Source: Schizosaccharomyces osmophilus (Eukaryota). From it: DNA of 64,000 nt. Positions 11,717 to 24,326 of this stretch are shown in pieces (positions within the stretch are counted from its first letter, which is position 1; each line of letters begins with the position of its first letter). The notes beneath the pieces were generated by a model. It made no database searches. It was not told the origin of the DNA and saw only the letters and a program-made list of their open reading frames with translations. Location of the stretch: NCBI RefSeq assembly GCF_027921745.1, contig NC_079238.1, positions 1 through 64,000 on the forward strand, given 5' to 3'. The position numbers and the translations under genes are program-made.

Positions 11717-13222
11717 ATGGAGGGACATCAAGAACAATTCCCTGAAGGCTTAACGATTCTCGAAAAAGAGACAAGTAGTATAATGGGAGAGGAGTTACAG
11801 TATCCAAAATCATACCCTGATGTTATTTTTTTGGTCGACATTGACAAGAATGACCCTCAACGACCCATGAACTGGTCTACTGTGAAGAAAATCGTCCACA
11901 CAGCTTTGTACGGACTGACAACGTTTGCTGCACAGTTCAACAGTACGACAATGTCCCCTACTGCTGAACATCTGGCAAACGTATACCACATCGGTGAAGA
12001 AGTGGCGACACTAGCTACGTCGCTCTATGTCTTGGGAATTGCTTTTGGCCCTATGATTTTTGCACCTTTCTCAGAAATGAATGGCAGAAAAATGGGTGTC
12101 TTTTTGCCTTTTTTCATCTCCATAATCCTCACGACAGGTACTGCTAGTGCTGATAGTGTGGCCGCCATTATGTGCACTCGTTTCTTTTCCGGTTTGTTTT
12201 CTGGCGCTCCCATTGTTTCTTCGGGTGGTGTACTGGCTGACCTTTGGAACCCATCCCAAAGAGGCAGTGCTTTAGTTTTTTATGCCTTCTTTGTTGTTAG
12301 TGGTGCTGACTTTGGTCCCATCATTAGTAGCTTGCTTTCAGAAGGTTCGGATACGGCCTGGAGATGGCCATTATGGTTTATAGTGATCGTACAGTCTGCG
12401 ATTTTACTTGTTAGTATAATCATGATTGATGAAACTTACGTCCCCGTAATTGAAGCTCGTCAAGCACGAAATTTACGGTTAACCACAGGAAATTGGGGTC
12501 TCCATGCTGCTCATGAACGATACAAATTAGACGCAAAGGAGTTTGTTACTTTTCACCTTTTGCGACCTTTTGCAATGCTGGCAACTCCGGTCGCCTTTTT
12601 CATCGCCTTGTTTGCTAGTTATGTATACGGCATTCTGTATTTAGTTTTAACTACCATTCCGTATACATATTACCAGTCAAGAAACTGGCAGGGAACCGTT
12701 GGTACACTTCCCTTGATTGCAATGTTTTTGGGCTTAGTAACAGGAGGTGTGTTGAATATTTTCTGGAATAAAAGATACGCGAAATATCTGACAAAAAACG
12801 GTGGAAAACCTCTTCCTGAAGAAAGATTACCCTTGATGATGATGACAGGCTGGCTTATGCCGGCCGGAATATTTGTTTTTGCTTGGACTTCATATGCCAA
12901 TATTCATTGGATAGTATCATTTATTGGTATATTCTTGATCGGTGTCGGATTTGAAACGATTTTCCAGGGTTGTCTTAATTATCTGGTTGATACGTTTACA
13001 AAATTTGCTGCATCGGCTATCGCTGCGAATACATTTACTAGATCGATTTTTGCAGCTACGTTTCCTTTATTTTCGCGTATTATGTTTCAAAAGTTGGGGA
13101 TTCACTGGGGAGGGACTTTGGTAGGATTTATTGCTCTTGGAATGATCCCAATTCCTTTCGTGTTTTATCGGTTTGGTGAAAGTTTACGGCGTAAAAACCC
13201 ATATGTGAAGCTTGTGTCTTGA
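11717..13222 (+). CDS. MFS drug:H+ antiporter (DHA1 / Tpo1-Flr1-Caf5-like)
   Basis: [52 protein letters not shown] motifs; ~12 hydrophobic segments; first ATG at 11717. Confidence 0.93.
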   Translation: MEGHQEQFPEGLTILEKETSSIMGEELQYPKSYPDVIFLVDIDKNDPQRPMNWSTVKKIVHTALYGLTTFAAQFNSTTMSPTAEHLANVYHIGEEVATLATSLYVLGIAFGPMIFAPFSEMNGRKMGVFLPFFISIILTTGTASADSVAAIMCTRFFSGLFSGAPIVSSGGVLADLWNPSQRGSALVFYAFFVVSGADFGPIISSLLSEGSDTAWRWPLWFIVIVQSAILLVSIIMIDETYVPVIEARQARNLRLTTGNWGLHAAHERYKLDAKEFVTFHLLRPFAMLATPVAFFIALFASYVYGILYLVLTTIPYTYYQSRNWQGTVGTLPLIAMFLGLVTGGVLNIFWNKRYAKYLTKNGGKPLPEERLPLMMMTGWLMPAGIFVFAWTSYANIHWIVSFIGIFLIGVGFETIFQGCLNYLVDTFTKFAASAIAANTFTRSIFAATFPLFSRIMFQKLGIHWGGTLVGFIALGMIPIPFVFYRFGESLRRKNPYVKLVS

Positions 13223-13754
13223 CTAACTCGTTCGATATTTCTTTCGTCGTCAATCTATACTCTATATCTAATTTACTTTACTAAAAGGAGGAGACGGGAA
13301 ACTAGTCGTCTAGCTTAGAACCATACAGATAGGGTTATTAACAGCTATATGAAAATAATGGGACGAATAGAGAGATATATTTATTTGCAACCTACCCCAA
13401 TTGAATTGAACTGCTATGCTATACAGTAAGCAAACTGAAATTGAACCGAACCGTCTACTATCATCACCAATGAAGCTATCAAATATTCAAGATTACATTA
13501 CAATAGGATACGAACCATAAGAGTCATAACGGTGAAACAAATCAGATTTTGGATTTTAGATTTCATAGCTTACATTATTTTTATCACACTGCTACTTGAT
13601 ATAAACAATATTGAAATGAGTAACCTTTTAAAGTTGATAAATATTCATAAAAAATGTCAAAAAACTAGATTAAAAATCATAATATTATGCCATTATAAAT
13701 TCTCATTAGAATACAATCATATCATCATAAACTCATTACCGCTAGCCCTTTAGC

Positions 13755-14186
13755 TTAATTAATGGCGATTTGCTTCTTGGAGCGAGATTGCTCTACCTTG
13801 GGCAGAAGAATACTCAAAATGCCATTGGAAAATTGAGCTTCAATACGATCGGAATCGATCCTGCTGGGGATAGAGATAGTTCGAGAGAAGGAACCAAAGC
13901 GACGCTCAGACCATCTGTGGTTTCCTCGATCTCCTTCGCTCTTGCGCTCATTCACGGATTTACCAGAAATGGTAAGCTTTCCTTCGTCGTAATGAACTTG
14001 AACGTCCTGCTTTTTGACACCAGGAAGTTCTACATCAACAGCAACCGTGTCTTTGCCTTCGTGAACATCAATGGCGGGTGACAAATCAACAGCACGATCC
14101 TGGCGTTGAACGCGAGGAGAATAACTCAAAAAGTCGGAAAGACCGTCTTGAAATGGGTATAAATCGAAGAAAGGTTGAAGAGACAT
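13755..14186 (-). CDS. hsp16: Small heat-shock protein (Hsp20 family), copy 1
   Basis: MSLQPFF start, VELPGVKK, ERRFGSFSRTI, NGIL alpha-crystallin motifs. Confidence 0.95.
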   Translation of the reverse strand: MSLQPFFDLYPFQDGLSDFLSYSPRVQRQDRAVDLSPAIDVHEGKDTVAVDVELPGVKKQDVQVHYDEGKLTISGKSVNERKSEGDRGNHRWSERRFGSFSRTISIPSRIDSDRIEAQFSNGILSILLPKVEQSRSKKQIAIN

Positions 14187-15200
14187 TGTGAATAGCGCTT
14201 GTTTTCACACTTGAAAATAAACTATAAAATTAACTCTTGTTCTTTTTTTTGTCAATGTTGTTGAACCTCCTCTACTTCACTCCTATTTATACTTGAACTA
14301 CTGAAAATAACAAACTTTCTATAAGCGACCTAGTACTTTCCAGATTTGTGATGACTTGCCACCTCTTGGTCCTTCTAGAGATTTCGACATTGTTCCTTCT
14401 ACTTCTTTCTTGCTTGTTTTTGTTCTTTTTATTAGTTTTAACTATTATTATAATTTTCGCTTTTGTTTTCATGGATAATCTGCATTTTTTTGGCTTGTTT
14501 ACCTTGTTATAGTGGCCGTTCTAGATACCTCTAGAAACTAACATCATATATCAGATATTCCTCTTTTGTACGAAACTAACATCATTTATCAGACATTCTT
14601 CTTTGTATGTGTTACCTTCTTTTCCATTTGTCATTTACAAACAGCGTGGTAAGCAAGGTAGTTGTTTTTAGTTTTTTTTTTTTTTTTCAATCATATTGCA
14701 ATCTGATTCTCAAATTATGGATTTTTTTGTCTTGTATCTTATTTAAAAATTAAAATTATTAAATTGTATTCAGCAATTTTGAATCCCCCAGTCTGAAAAA
14801 GATTCCGACTGTAGATATACCAAAGTACTGGGCATAAAGAATGTCTATCTAAAACCAAACTTATTTTTTAGGAAAAAAAGGAGAACTGGTGTTAATAAGA
14901 TCGAAAAACATCCGTGATTTCACCGAATTACAAGTCTGACGGAAAAGCGAAAAAACGAAAAAAAAACGATCCTTCTTTGAACAAGAACTCCTTTATATTT
15001 TCTTTGCAGTAAGTAATGACAGGCTGCATTGAGTTATAAAGAGTCAAGCTACGAAAAAAAAAAAAACGCATTGTATATTACCCAGCATCCTCCATTGAGT
15101 TCCACAAAGGACCAAGGTTGAGCAAAAGGAAGCTAAATCTAAATTTCAAAACACCAACGTATGGAACAAACTGCATAGATCTCGCTCTGTAGCGTCTAAT

Positions 15201-15674
15201 CTATTTGCCAAGAATGCCCCAGTCACCTTGTCCCCAAGTTGACTTTAGCGTCCAGTGTTTCATCTTCCACAATCCGTCTCCAGAATCCTTAACCAGCTCC
15301 ACCTAGTACAATCCACCAGCAAGCAGAAAGTCAGAGCCGGGATTCATGCCCTCTCCACCACGGTAGTGTTGAGAAAGAGCAGAGCATGTCACCTGAGCCT
15401 TCGAGTCTCCTTCTATGATGTTGATACGCATGTTGGAAAGGAAGTGGTTGGTGTCAAATTTGGTGAGCATGGCGTAGCATTGACTGTAAATGGCATCGTA
15501 GCCTTCCATGATGGTACCGTTGACGTCCAAGACGGCATCAGTGGTAAAGGCAGATTTGAAGAGAGCATCGTCGGCTGTGTCTAAGGCCATGACGCTGCGA
15601 TAGAGGGCATCAGCGACGGCGTCGCGGCCGCTTAGGGCAGGTGTGAGGGTAGCTGGAAGTGCCGGCACGGACAT
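15201..15674 (-). pseudogene. SnoaL/NTF2-like protein with a single in-frame TAG at 15303-15305
   Basis: DALYRSVMALD..FTTDAVLD..TNHFLSN; the frame continues past the TAG as VELVKDSGDGLWKMKHWTLKSTWGQGDWGILGK to TAG at 15201. Confidence 0.8.
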
Positions 15675-17983
15675 GATGGATATTCTCGATATAGTCTGTA
15701 CTGGATTGGGTTACTCGGGTGAGACTTGGTAGTTTGGGTTTCCTATATAGCGATTTTAGGTAGGATGGCAATGAGTGAAGGATTTAGGGTATTTATGCCA
15801 AGCTGGAAGGATGGTGCTTTGTCATGCTATTTACATAATTGGGACATGCTAACAGGTATGCTTTGTCATGCTATGTTATCTTTGACGGATGGCGTTAACG
15901 GGCCCAAGGGTGTCAAGGATATCTGGCGGTCGGTTGCAAGTCCGACATACTATACTAAGTGTTTCTGAGTACAAGAGTGTACCGTGAAATACAGCAACTA
16001 CTGCACACCTTACTGTGATCCACAGCTTTACCCACAGCTTGGGTTACACTACTAGGGCATAGTGGCTTATAGCTTTACGGAACAGTAATGTGTATTTTGT
16101 ATCCTAGCTTTTAGAAAATCGAAATTCGTGAATTACTCGACGTCTAGCAGTCAGAAACATTCAAATCCCGTTTGTTGTAATTGTGTTTTTTTTTCCTTTT
16201 TTTTGTTGTTTTTGTTCATGAAAGTCTAAAAATTGTTTATTTTTTCGACAACTACTGTGCGAATCACCCAAAAAAAAATAGTTAGAATAGAATGCAATAC
16301 TATGGAATAAATACAATTATGAGAAAAATTCTGTCTATAAAAATCAGCGAAAAAAAGTCTCAATTCAACGCGAAAAACAATGATTAAAAAGTTAAGCCAA
16401 ACATAACTTAACTTAATGGAATTAATTTATATTGAATCCAATTGAATTGAAACAATTCCTCTCTTTTTCAATGTTTCACCAAGAAAAGAATCAAGTTCAT
16501 ACAATCAACTGTTTCAGTAGACACGCAAGAGCTCTCTCAAGACCAAGACAAAGTCAATTACAAGTACAAACTCAGAGTTCTTTGCCATGGAATTAGACAC
16601 AAAACTATATAAAAAAAAATAAATTAAAAAATAAATAATTCCAAGTGCATCAGATATACGCATCCCATTGCAACTCAATCCATATACTCAATAACCAAAT
16701 GTAACCCAAGTGTTTTGTATCGCAGGTAGTGTAGTGTATTTTTGCCCGCAAACCAAACGGTCGCATCGTTACAAGATTAGTGCTGTTTCATTTAGCTGAT
16801 AAAATTCTTGGAATTCTCTCAAACCTGTCTACATCCAAGTGTTTGTTTACCTACAATTTGTCGAATGCCATCTTATTTATTCGCCGAGTGTTTTGTGCAA
16901 TGTTAAAATGGTACCGTACCGTGCTTTCCAATGAGAATAAATGTGAGTATGAATGAATGCCCTTGTCTTTAAAGCATAGCAGTTTTCATTTTTCAATGTT
17001 TTTATGAATGGAATTGAATTGAATTGAATTTGGAATATCTTGTTTTCTGACGAGATTTCACTTTGTCATATGCTGTGTTAGCCCAAGCCAAACCAAGCTA
17101 TCTCGTACTGTCGTACTGTATGCAATGCTGGGCCTCTAAATGAGTTTGAGGAAACCATTGCTGCTACGATTCCACTTTAGTTATTATTTTCATAGTGATG
17201 ATTACATATACATTCTGGCTACAGCGGTCGCTAGATAAAAATAAAACCGCTAATCTTGCCATTGAGTCATTCATACTGTTTTATAAAGTTGCCAAGTACT
17301 TTTTTCCAATGAATTCCTTCCTTTTTCGTTTGGGTTGATCTCAGCCCGAGCAAGTATAAGTCACGATACGAGTCATAATACTCCAAACGATGAATTGAAT
17401 TCGTGATTCATCAACAACTAACCGACGACTATTTCTTTTATCTTTTAATGTAAAGAAATATGTAAAGAAAGAAAGAAAAAACAGCGATACCGTCGATTCT
17501 AAACCATGCATTCACATAACGAGCATAAACGAAACGAGATTTCCTTTTTCTTTTTATATTCTGTATTTTTATTGACTTTATCTTTACCTATACCTTTACC
17601 TTTACTTTTTTCAAACTATCATTGAGAATATCATAGCATGCCTTATGGCTTCTATTTTGGAAGAGGTAGGATCTCTGTTCTTTTCGAAAAAGTCGTTCAG
17701 TAACTAAGTACAGGAATCAGCGTAATATAACGATTCAAAGAGTTACAGTTGTTTTCCACTTCTATGGTTCTACTATACAAAGTACCTTTCATTATCAAAT
17801 TCAAGTTCAAGTTCAAATCCATAAACATCTTTTATATTCATTCTCTAAATTATATATTAATTATTCACAGATTATTTGTCATCAAAAGTGCCAATGCTAA
17901 ATTATCATGAAAACATAATGGTCGTAAACATGTCAATCGGTTTGCTTTTGCTCCATCAAAGTTTTTCCAATTCGGTCTCAGAT

Positions 17984-18415
17984 TCAGTGAATGGCGATTT
18001 GCTTCTTGGAGCGAGATTCCTCAATCTTGGGCAAGACAACGCTTAAAATACCGTGGTTGAATTGAGCTTCAATGCGATCGGCATCTACCTTGTTTGGAAT
18101 GGTGATTGTTCGGGAGAAGGAACCAAAGCGACGTTCCGACCATCTTTGGTTTCCCTTGTCGCTTTCACTCTTGCGCTCATTCACAGATTCACCAGAAATG
18201 GTAAGTTTTCCTTCGTCGTAATGAACTTGTACGTCTTGCTTTTTGACACCAGGAAGTTCTACATCAACAGCAACCGTGTCTTTGCCTTCGTGAACATCAA
18301 TGGCAGGTGACAAATCGCCAACACGATTCTGGCGTTGGACACGAGGAGAATAACTCAAAAAGTCAGAAAGACCGTCTTGAAATGGGTATAAATCGAAGAA
18401 AGGTTGAAGAGACAT
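17984..18415 (-). CDS. hsp16: Small heat-shock protein (Hsp20 family), copy 2
   Basis: Paralog of 13755-14186 with the same motifs. Confidence 0.95.
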   Translation of the reverse strand: MSLQPFFDLYPFQDGLSDFLSYSPRVQRQNRVGDLSPAIDVHEGKDTVAVDVELPGVKKQDVQVHYDEGKLTISGESVNERKSESDKGNQRWSERRFGSFSRTITIPNKVDADRIEAQFNHGILSVVLPKIEESRSKKQIAIH

Positions 18416-19125
18416 TGTAAATAGCGCTTGTTAATTTCAAATAACAATCAATCAAAGAATCCTAATTTCTTTTTCTTTTTTGTCAATGTTGTTGAACTGC
18501 CTCTACTTGCCTCTTATTTATACTTGAACACAAGGATGGGTCGATCATTTCTTAAGAGCCCTAGTACTTTCTAGATGCTGCTGGCCTGGCCACTTGGCCA
18601 CCACCGGGATTCCACGAATTTCCGTGCAATTCATTCATCTCTCTTGTCATTTTTTGATTCTTTCTTTTCAATCTGAATAAGAAAATAGCATTTTCTTTTC
18701 TTTTCTTTTGTTTGCTTCTTTTTTCCATGAATCCTTTTGTTTACTACTACAGCTTAGCTTCCCTCGTCATTCTCGATACCTCTAGAAAAATCATCTATTC
18801 CTCTTTTGTATGATGAAAAGTAACGAACGTTCTCGCATATTCCAACTTTATTCGTCCAGCTTTCCTTTTCCTAGGTGGTGGTGGTGGTGATGGTCTAGCA
18901 CAATATGAATCAATAGAACAGGGAAAAACAGTTTGTTTTCAATCCGAGTGTTGCACTTTACCAATTTTGTAATGAAACAAATCATTCTCCATTCAGCCAT
19001 GAAAAATAACCAAAGATAGAGCCGAGTCGAATTGGATCTTAAAGGATAGCAGGCCAACACACAATGTTAAAGACAAAACTACAGCAAGACAAACTGCTCT
19101 TGTTGTTTTTACAAAGCAAATCGAT

Positions 19126-19244
19126 GTCTACGGCCACACCTAGGCGAAAACACCAGTTCCCGTCCGATCACTGCAGTTAAGCGTCTGAGGGCCTCGTTAG
19201 TACTATGGTTGGAGACAACATGGGAATCCGGGGTGCTGTAGGCT
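19126..19244 (+). rRNA. 5S rRNA gene
   Basis: GTCTACGGCCACACCTAGGCG...GGTGCTGTAGGCT, 119 nt, followed by a T-run terminator. Confidence 0.97.
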
Positions 19245-19479
19245 TTTTTCTTTTTCTTTTTCTATTCCTTCTCTTTTTGTTTGATTTCTTTCTTTTTAAA
19301 CAAATCTCGCTATTTATATTTGTTTTCTACCTAATAGTTGGGCTGAAATCGTAAATACAAGTAGTAGCCCTTTTGGAGGACAATTAGAAAGGAGGCAAAA
19401 AAGGTAGTTGATTTTTATTTGTTTTCTTTTAACAGTTCAATTCTTCATCATTTAATTGAACGATATGATCGAAAACTAA

Positions 19480-19880
19480 AATAGTTCAACCAGGTTTAAC
19501 ACAACTCTCCTGAAAGGACCTATCATTGTTCTTCTCGAGACCAAGCACAAAGTTTTTCAGCATCGTCCCATTGGTTTTGCACATCTCAACCTCGTTGGAT
19601 TCCTCCTTGTAGGCTGCATGATGAAAGGCATATAAGTAATATCCGTAACCCCATTTTTGTAAAGTGTCTCTTGCAAATTTGTACAGGAGACCACTGAATC
19701 AGATCAATGGAGTGGTGCCTAACCCTCTCAGACAACTTTTCTTTTAGATTCTTTTAGATTACGAGAAATACAATGGATTTCAATACAATAGAGCTCTTTT
19801 CATAGTCTTTCAACCATGGCAACAACATTCATCAACGTTTTCGTTGAAGTATGTGGTAATCATTATATTCAATTGTTTCA
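19480..19880 (-). pseudogene. Decayed 5' fragment of a PRISE/VEP1-like SDR, paralog of 33829-35040
   Basis: Minus strand reads IHCISRNLKE..VRHHSIDLI..GVTDITY..AYKEESNEVEMCKTNGTMLKNFVLGLEK with frameshifts, matching the intact copy. Confidence 0.8.
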
Positions 19881-21020
19881 TTTATTGCAAACGAAAATCA
19901 TACAAAAAAAAACGAAAACAACAACCAAGTCAAACGTTCCCTGGCTGAATAACTTTTGACCTATCTCACCTGCATTGAATCAAACTTGGGCAGAGCCAAG
20001 AGCGTACCCATTTTAGACAGACGTTTTGCGAAACCTTGGGACATAGAATGTCTGTCCATACCGAAACCTAGTTTTCCGGGAATAAAAGAAGAACTGATAT
20101 CAATATGACCGAAAAGTCCCATGATTTCACCGAATCCAAGAAGGAAATGGAGTTTTACAACTCCGACGAAACAAAAGAAAAGAAAAACAAAACAAAACAA
20201 AACAGAAACAAAAGGAAAGGAAAGAAAATTAAAGAGATTTATGCTCAGATATGAAATGTTCAAAGTTAGATGTATGACCTTGAACGGTATGAAACATTTC
20301 CCAGGTGCGATGCAATGACTTTTCGGTTACTTCATTTGAGTTTCACTTTTACATTCGTTACTAAGACAGGGTGCGAGATAATGGCAAATTCGTTTGGCAA
20401 TGTAATAAACAAATGTGGAGTTGTTTTGTAGACATGAGCAACGCGACCGATTATATACCGAGAAAGCTCAAGAGGTTTTTTAGTAGAAATCGAATATATT
20501 CTTTCCTCAATCAAATCAAAGGTTAAATGGTCGGCTATCAAGAAGTGACATATAGGACAACACCCACTCCGACAATTGCACATAGTACGCTTGGTTTACA
20601 TCCTGTAGCAACTTGAGAAAACGATAGAATGACGAGGTGAAGACGTTCGAAAGAGGAGAAGGGAAAACTTGTGACAATGGGTTTCAGCCTGTCGTTTCAT
20701 GATTCTATGATTCTGGAAGGGACTGCAAAACGGCCATGGACTTGCTATAAATAGGACACTCTCCTCATCATCATTTGAAACCACAATCATCAGTTTGGAA
20801 ATCATTAAAGTCTTAATCATTGTGTGATTCAGGTACTTTTGAAAAGATTAACAGTAGCTTTTTTATTTTTACTTTGCATCATTCCCTTCACTTTTTATAG
20901 TATCCTTTGTAAACATTAGATTATCTTGCCTTGTCTTATCCATCTATTCATTCATTTTTTCATTTTTTTGCCCTCATCTTTGATTTTCCACACTCTAAAG
21001 AATTGTCTGCCTTTTCTAAG

Positions 21021-21599
21021 GTAAAGTTGTTTTCCTCCGTTTCTCTTTCTTCTGCCTTCTTCTCCCTTTTAGCTTGTAGCCCAATTTCTTCTCTTGCAGC
21101 TCCTCTAACCGACCGTTCTGATATCAAACAGAATGAAGAGTTTTCTGTAATGAGCCTCCACTCAGGTAACGGTAACGCTAATTTCCATTCCTTTTATGTT
21201 GGTGACAACAATAACGTCTACCTCGATCCTTATGATAATGGAACTGAAGCGGCCAAATTTACTTTAGCAGATACTTATTTACTCCATGAAAGATTTTCTG
21301 CTCACCTTGGCGATAACGGTGCGTTATACTTTCAACGTAATGATGAGGGTTCCATTCTTGGATTTGATTTTAGAGAACGCATTGCTTCTGGCTATGCTCT
21401 AGAACTTCATGGACAAAACCCCGTAGCTTGTCCTATCGAAGAAAATTCCTCTGTTTACTCTGTCTTTTTTGGGAAAGAAAATGGTAATAGCAAGTGTATT
21501 GGCTTTACAGCCCTTGCAATTCCAAATAATCCTGTTTCTTCTTCTTCTTCTTCTTCTTCTTCTTCTACTGCGGCCCCTTCCAATGCTGCTAAAATATAA
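21021..21599 (+). pseudogene. Small secreted cell-wall protein (Cwp1/PhiA/But2-N-like); the signal peptide lacks an ATG (GTA at 21021)
   Basis: FSVMSLHSG...PVAC...C motifs shared with 32569-33075 and 48131-48613; first in-frame ATG lies after the signal peptide. Confidence 0.65.
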
Positions 21600-22311
21600 G
21601 ATGTTGTTCTCATCGGAAGCAAAAAAGTGAAAAAGCTAATGGCAAAGATGTAACCCAAGCCACTGACAAAAAAGACTGCCAACTTTCACTTTCATATTGA
21701 AAAAAGTAGTAACCATATTGAAGTTGATGTCCCAGTGACATTAGAAAACTCGTGCGGGCTCTAGAATCTTACATCTGTCACCAATATTCTCACTATTTGG
21801 GCAAATCGCCCTGGCCGCGAAGCTGGAATCGATCGCTTCAACTGCTCTTCCAATAATTATGATTACACCACAAATATCAATCTGTTTTCCCACTTTGTTT
21901 ACGTTGATATAGAGTAATATACTCTATAAAGTAATTAGAATCAAAACTTTAAAGTAATATTAGAGCTTGCTCTGACATTATCGTGACAATGGTTTTACGT
22001 CTTTTCTTGGACAAACGTAATATCTAAAGTTCGTTTTACCAGCAATATGTCTGTTTTTATTGAATTGAACGTAGCTTCGCCAACGAATTCATCGTTTTCA
22101 TTGCACTTCAGTTAGACTTTCAAAGCGACGGCCCATCTCAATTCTTGCTTCATTTTTTCAATCCATGTTGTACATATACCTTTCAAAACATATGTTCAAA
22201 GTCAATATTTGCTTTCCCCGATGATCACTTAAAAAAAAAAAAAGAGCTACAATAATTTCCCAATGTGTTCAATCGTACTCGAAAGAAAAATTTCAAAACT
22301 AAAATAGTGGA

Positions 22312-22463
22312 CGAATGCCTAATTAGTAAGAAACGAGCCAAGCTTACTAAATACGTAAACGGAGGTTATATAAGCAAACTAAAAAATGCGCGAATGCCTC
22401 ATTACTAAGAAACGAGCCAAGCTTACTAAATACGTAAATGGCGGTTATATAAGCAAACGAAAA
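22312..22463 (+). promoter_or_regulatory. 79-bp tandem duplication in a promoter, carrying four Pap1/Yap1-type sites and two TATA boxes
   Basis: TTAGTAA at 22323; TTACTAA at 22344, 22402 and 22423; TATATAAG in each unit. Confidence 0.7.
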
Positions 22464-22582
22464 TTTCAAACCTCACAATGATATAAATACCATTTTATGT
22501 ATATTAAACAAACCAAAAAGCTACACAATCAAAGAAAATACCCATCATAGGATATTTAAACTGATAAGTGGACTGTTTTAAG

Positions 22583-23623
22583 ATGCCATTGCAATACGTA
22601 GTTAGCGACACTAAGAGTGGCTTTGATCAACTCAAGATCGAAGACACCAAGGAAGTTCAATCCCTTAAGCCTAATGAGGTTCAGGTAAATCTCAAGGCGG
22701 CTTCTCTCAATTACAGAGATTTGATTATTACAAAGGGCATGTATCCTCTTCATTTGAATCTTCCGGTAGTTCCCGGCTCTGATGGTGTCGGTGTTGTTGA
22801 AAAGGTCGGTAGTGATGTGGATGAATATAAGCCTGGCGACAAAGTGGTTTGCAATTTCTTCGCTGATTACGTTGACGGAAAACCAACCCAGCACGGCTAT
22901 GGTAGTGCCTTGGGTGGTACTGTGAACGGTGCTTTCCGCAAAGTTGGTTTCTTCCCTGCTCATGCCCTGAATCATGCACCTAGGAACTTGAGCTTCGAAG
23001 AGACATCCACTTTGCCTTGTGCTGCCGTGACCGCATGGAACGCCTTGTTTGGTTGCGAGGATAAATTGAAACCGGGTCAAAATGTCTTGATCCAGGGTAC
23101 TGGTGGTGTTTCCATCTTTGCTCTCCAATTCGCCGCGGCTGCTGGTGCTCGTACCACAGTACTTTCTTCTTCCGATGAGAAACTGAAAATTGCCAAGAAT
23201 TTGGGTGCTACCAACTTGATCAATTACAAGACGAACCCCGAATGGGCCAAACCTGCTTTGGAAGCTACCGACAATGTTGGTTATCATCATGTCGTCGAAG
23301 TCGGCGGTGAAAAAACATTGGGTCAATCTTTGGATGTCTTGGTTTTAGGCGGAGTCATCAGCTCGATTGGTTTCCTTGCTCAAGAAGGTGCCAGCCTTAA
23401 CGTCACCTCGTTGATTGGCAAAATTCTCAACAAGAATGCCATCATCCGTGGTATCTTTGTTGGACATGTCCACATGTTTGCAGACATGATTGCTTGTATT
23501 GAGGCAAACGATATTCACCCTCTCGTTGACAAGGTATTTCCCTTTGAACAGCTGAGGGAAGCTTATGACTACCTATGGAGTCAAAAGCACGTTGGTAAGG
23601 TTGTTCTCAAGATTGATTCTTAA
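22583..23623 (+). CDS. Medium-chain dehydrogenase/reductase (zinc-type ADH-like / quinone oxidoreductase-like)
   Basis: AASLNYRD, VPGSDGVG, LPCAAVTAWNAL, QGTGGVS, HVGKVV. Confidence 0.93.
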   Translation: MPLQYVVSDTKSGFDQLKIEDTKEVQSLKPNEVQVNLKAASLNYRDLIITKGMYPLHLNLPVVPGSDGVGVVEKVGSDVDEYKPGDKVVCNFFADYVDGKPTQHGYGSALGGTVNGAFRKVGFFPAHALNHAPRNLSFEETSTLPCAAVTAWNALFGCEDKLKPGQNVLIQGTGGVSIFALQFAAAAGARTTVLSSSDEKLKIAKNLGATNLINYKTNPEWAKPALEATDNVGYHHVVEVGGEKTLGQSLDVLVLGGVISSIGFLAQEGASLNVTSLIGKILNKNAIIRGIFVGHVHMFADMIACIEANDIHPLVDKVFPFEQLREAYDYLWSQKHVGKVVLKIDS

Positions 23624-23798
23624 ATATAAGTGAAATGAGGCAAAGACGATGAGCAGCTTTTCACTTAACACTAGCTATCTAGCTATGAAGCAGAGTAGTA
23701 ACCTATCCTAAATAAGCGACCATTTACGATTATATAAGCTGTTGAAGGGATTTGTCACAGGTTGGGTCTCACTTGTTATGAGGATAAGTTAGTGTCAT

Positions 23799-24200
23799 TG
23801 TCATAAATGGTATACGATATTACTATTATTTTGATACAATAATCACATTGTATTATCAAATGCGTTATTACATAAAGTAAATGTTTATTTTTGCGATTGA
23901 AAACTTTGAAAATCTAAAATTAAGGCTGAAAAGAAGCTTACTAATTCTAGAAAGATATATATGTATACCTCTAATTGAGAGCTCAACTCTTCAGATAGGA
24001 AGATTTGACTGATCTAGCTAAATAGATTGTTCATAACACTTTGTTAGTGAATCAGATCCCTGGGAGCTATTGCTATTCAATTCAAGTAGTACCAAAAGCA
24101 TCCAATTGAAAGTCAAACATACAATTTACTGAATTGTTATTACATACATCTTTTCCTCTGAATACTTATTCTCACAACGAGTGAGACGTCGCCTGTGACA
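23799..24200 (-). mobile_element. Solo LTR with a near-perfect TSD (GTCAT/GTTAT), abutting a truncated LTR end at 23753-23790
   Basis: TGTCATAA...TGTGACA; same family as 11063 and 30912. Confidence 0.88.
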
Positions 24201-24326
24201 GTTATATGCATAATAAGATCGACATTTATAATTATAGAGTCCTGGATATGACACCTCCCGTAATCAATGGACACTGTGAAAAAGATAGAAATGCTATATT
24301 GAGCCATGAAGATGACTAGTGGTCAC

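Noticed and set aside
16700..16713. TGTAACCCAAGTGT could template both telomere units, suggesting a telomerase RNA in 16.1-17.8 kb
   Set aside because: No template-boundary helix or adjacent Sm site/5' splice site was found, ter1 is an internal locus in relatives, and the 14-mer also occurs in the telomere itself; treated as an interstitial seed.
18848..19060. Duplicated 70-aa His-run ORF (also 50645-50860)
   Set aside because: Non-ATG start; its conservation is explained by the recent hsp16-5S duplication; the His run is a GGT microsatellite.
22556..23326. 256-aa minus-strand ORF
   Set aside because: Antisense to the well-supported MDR gene.
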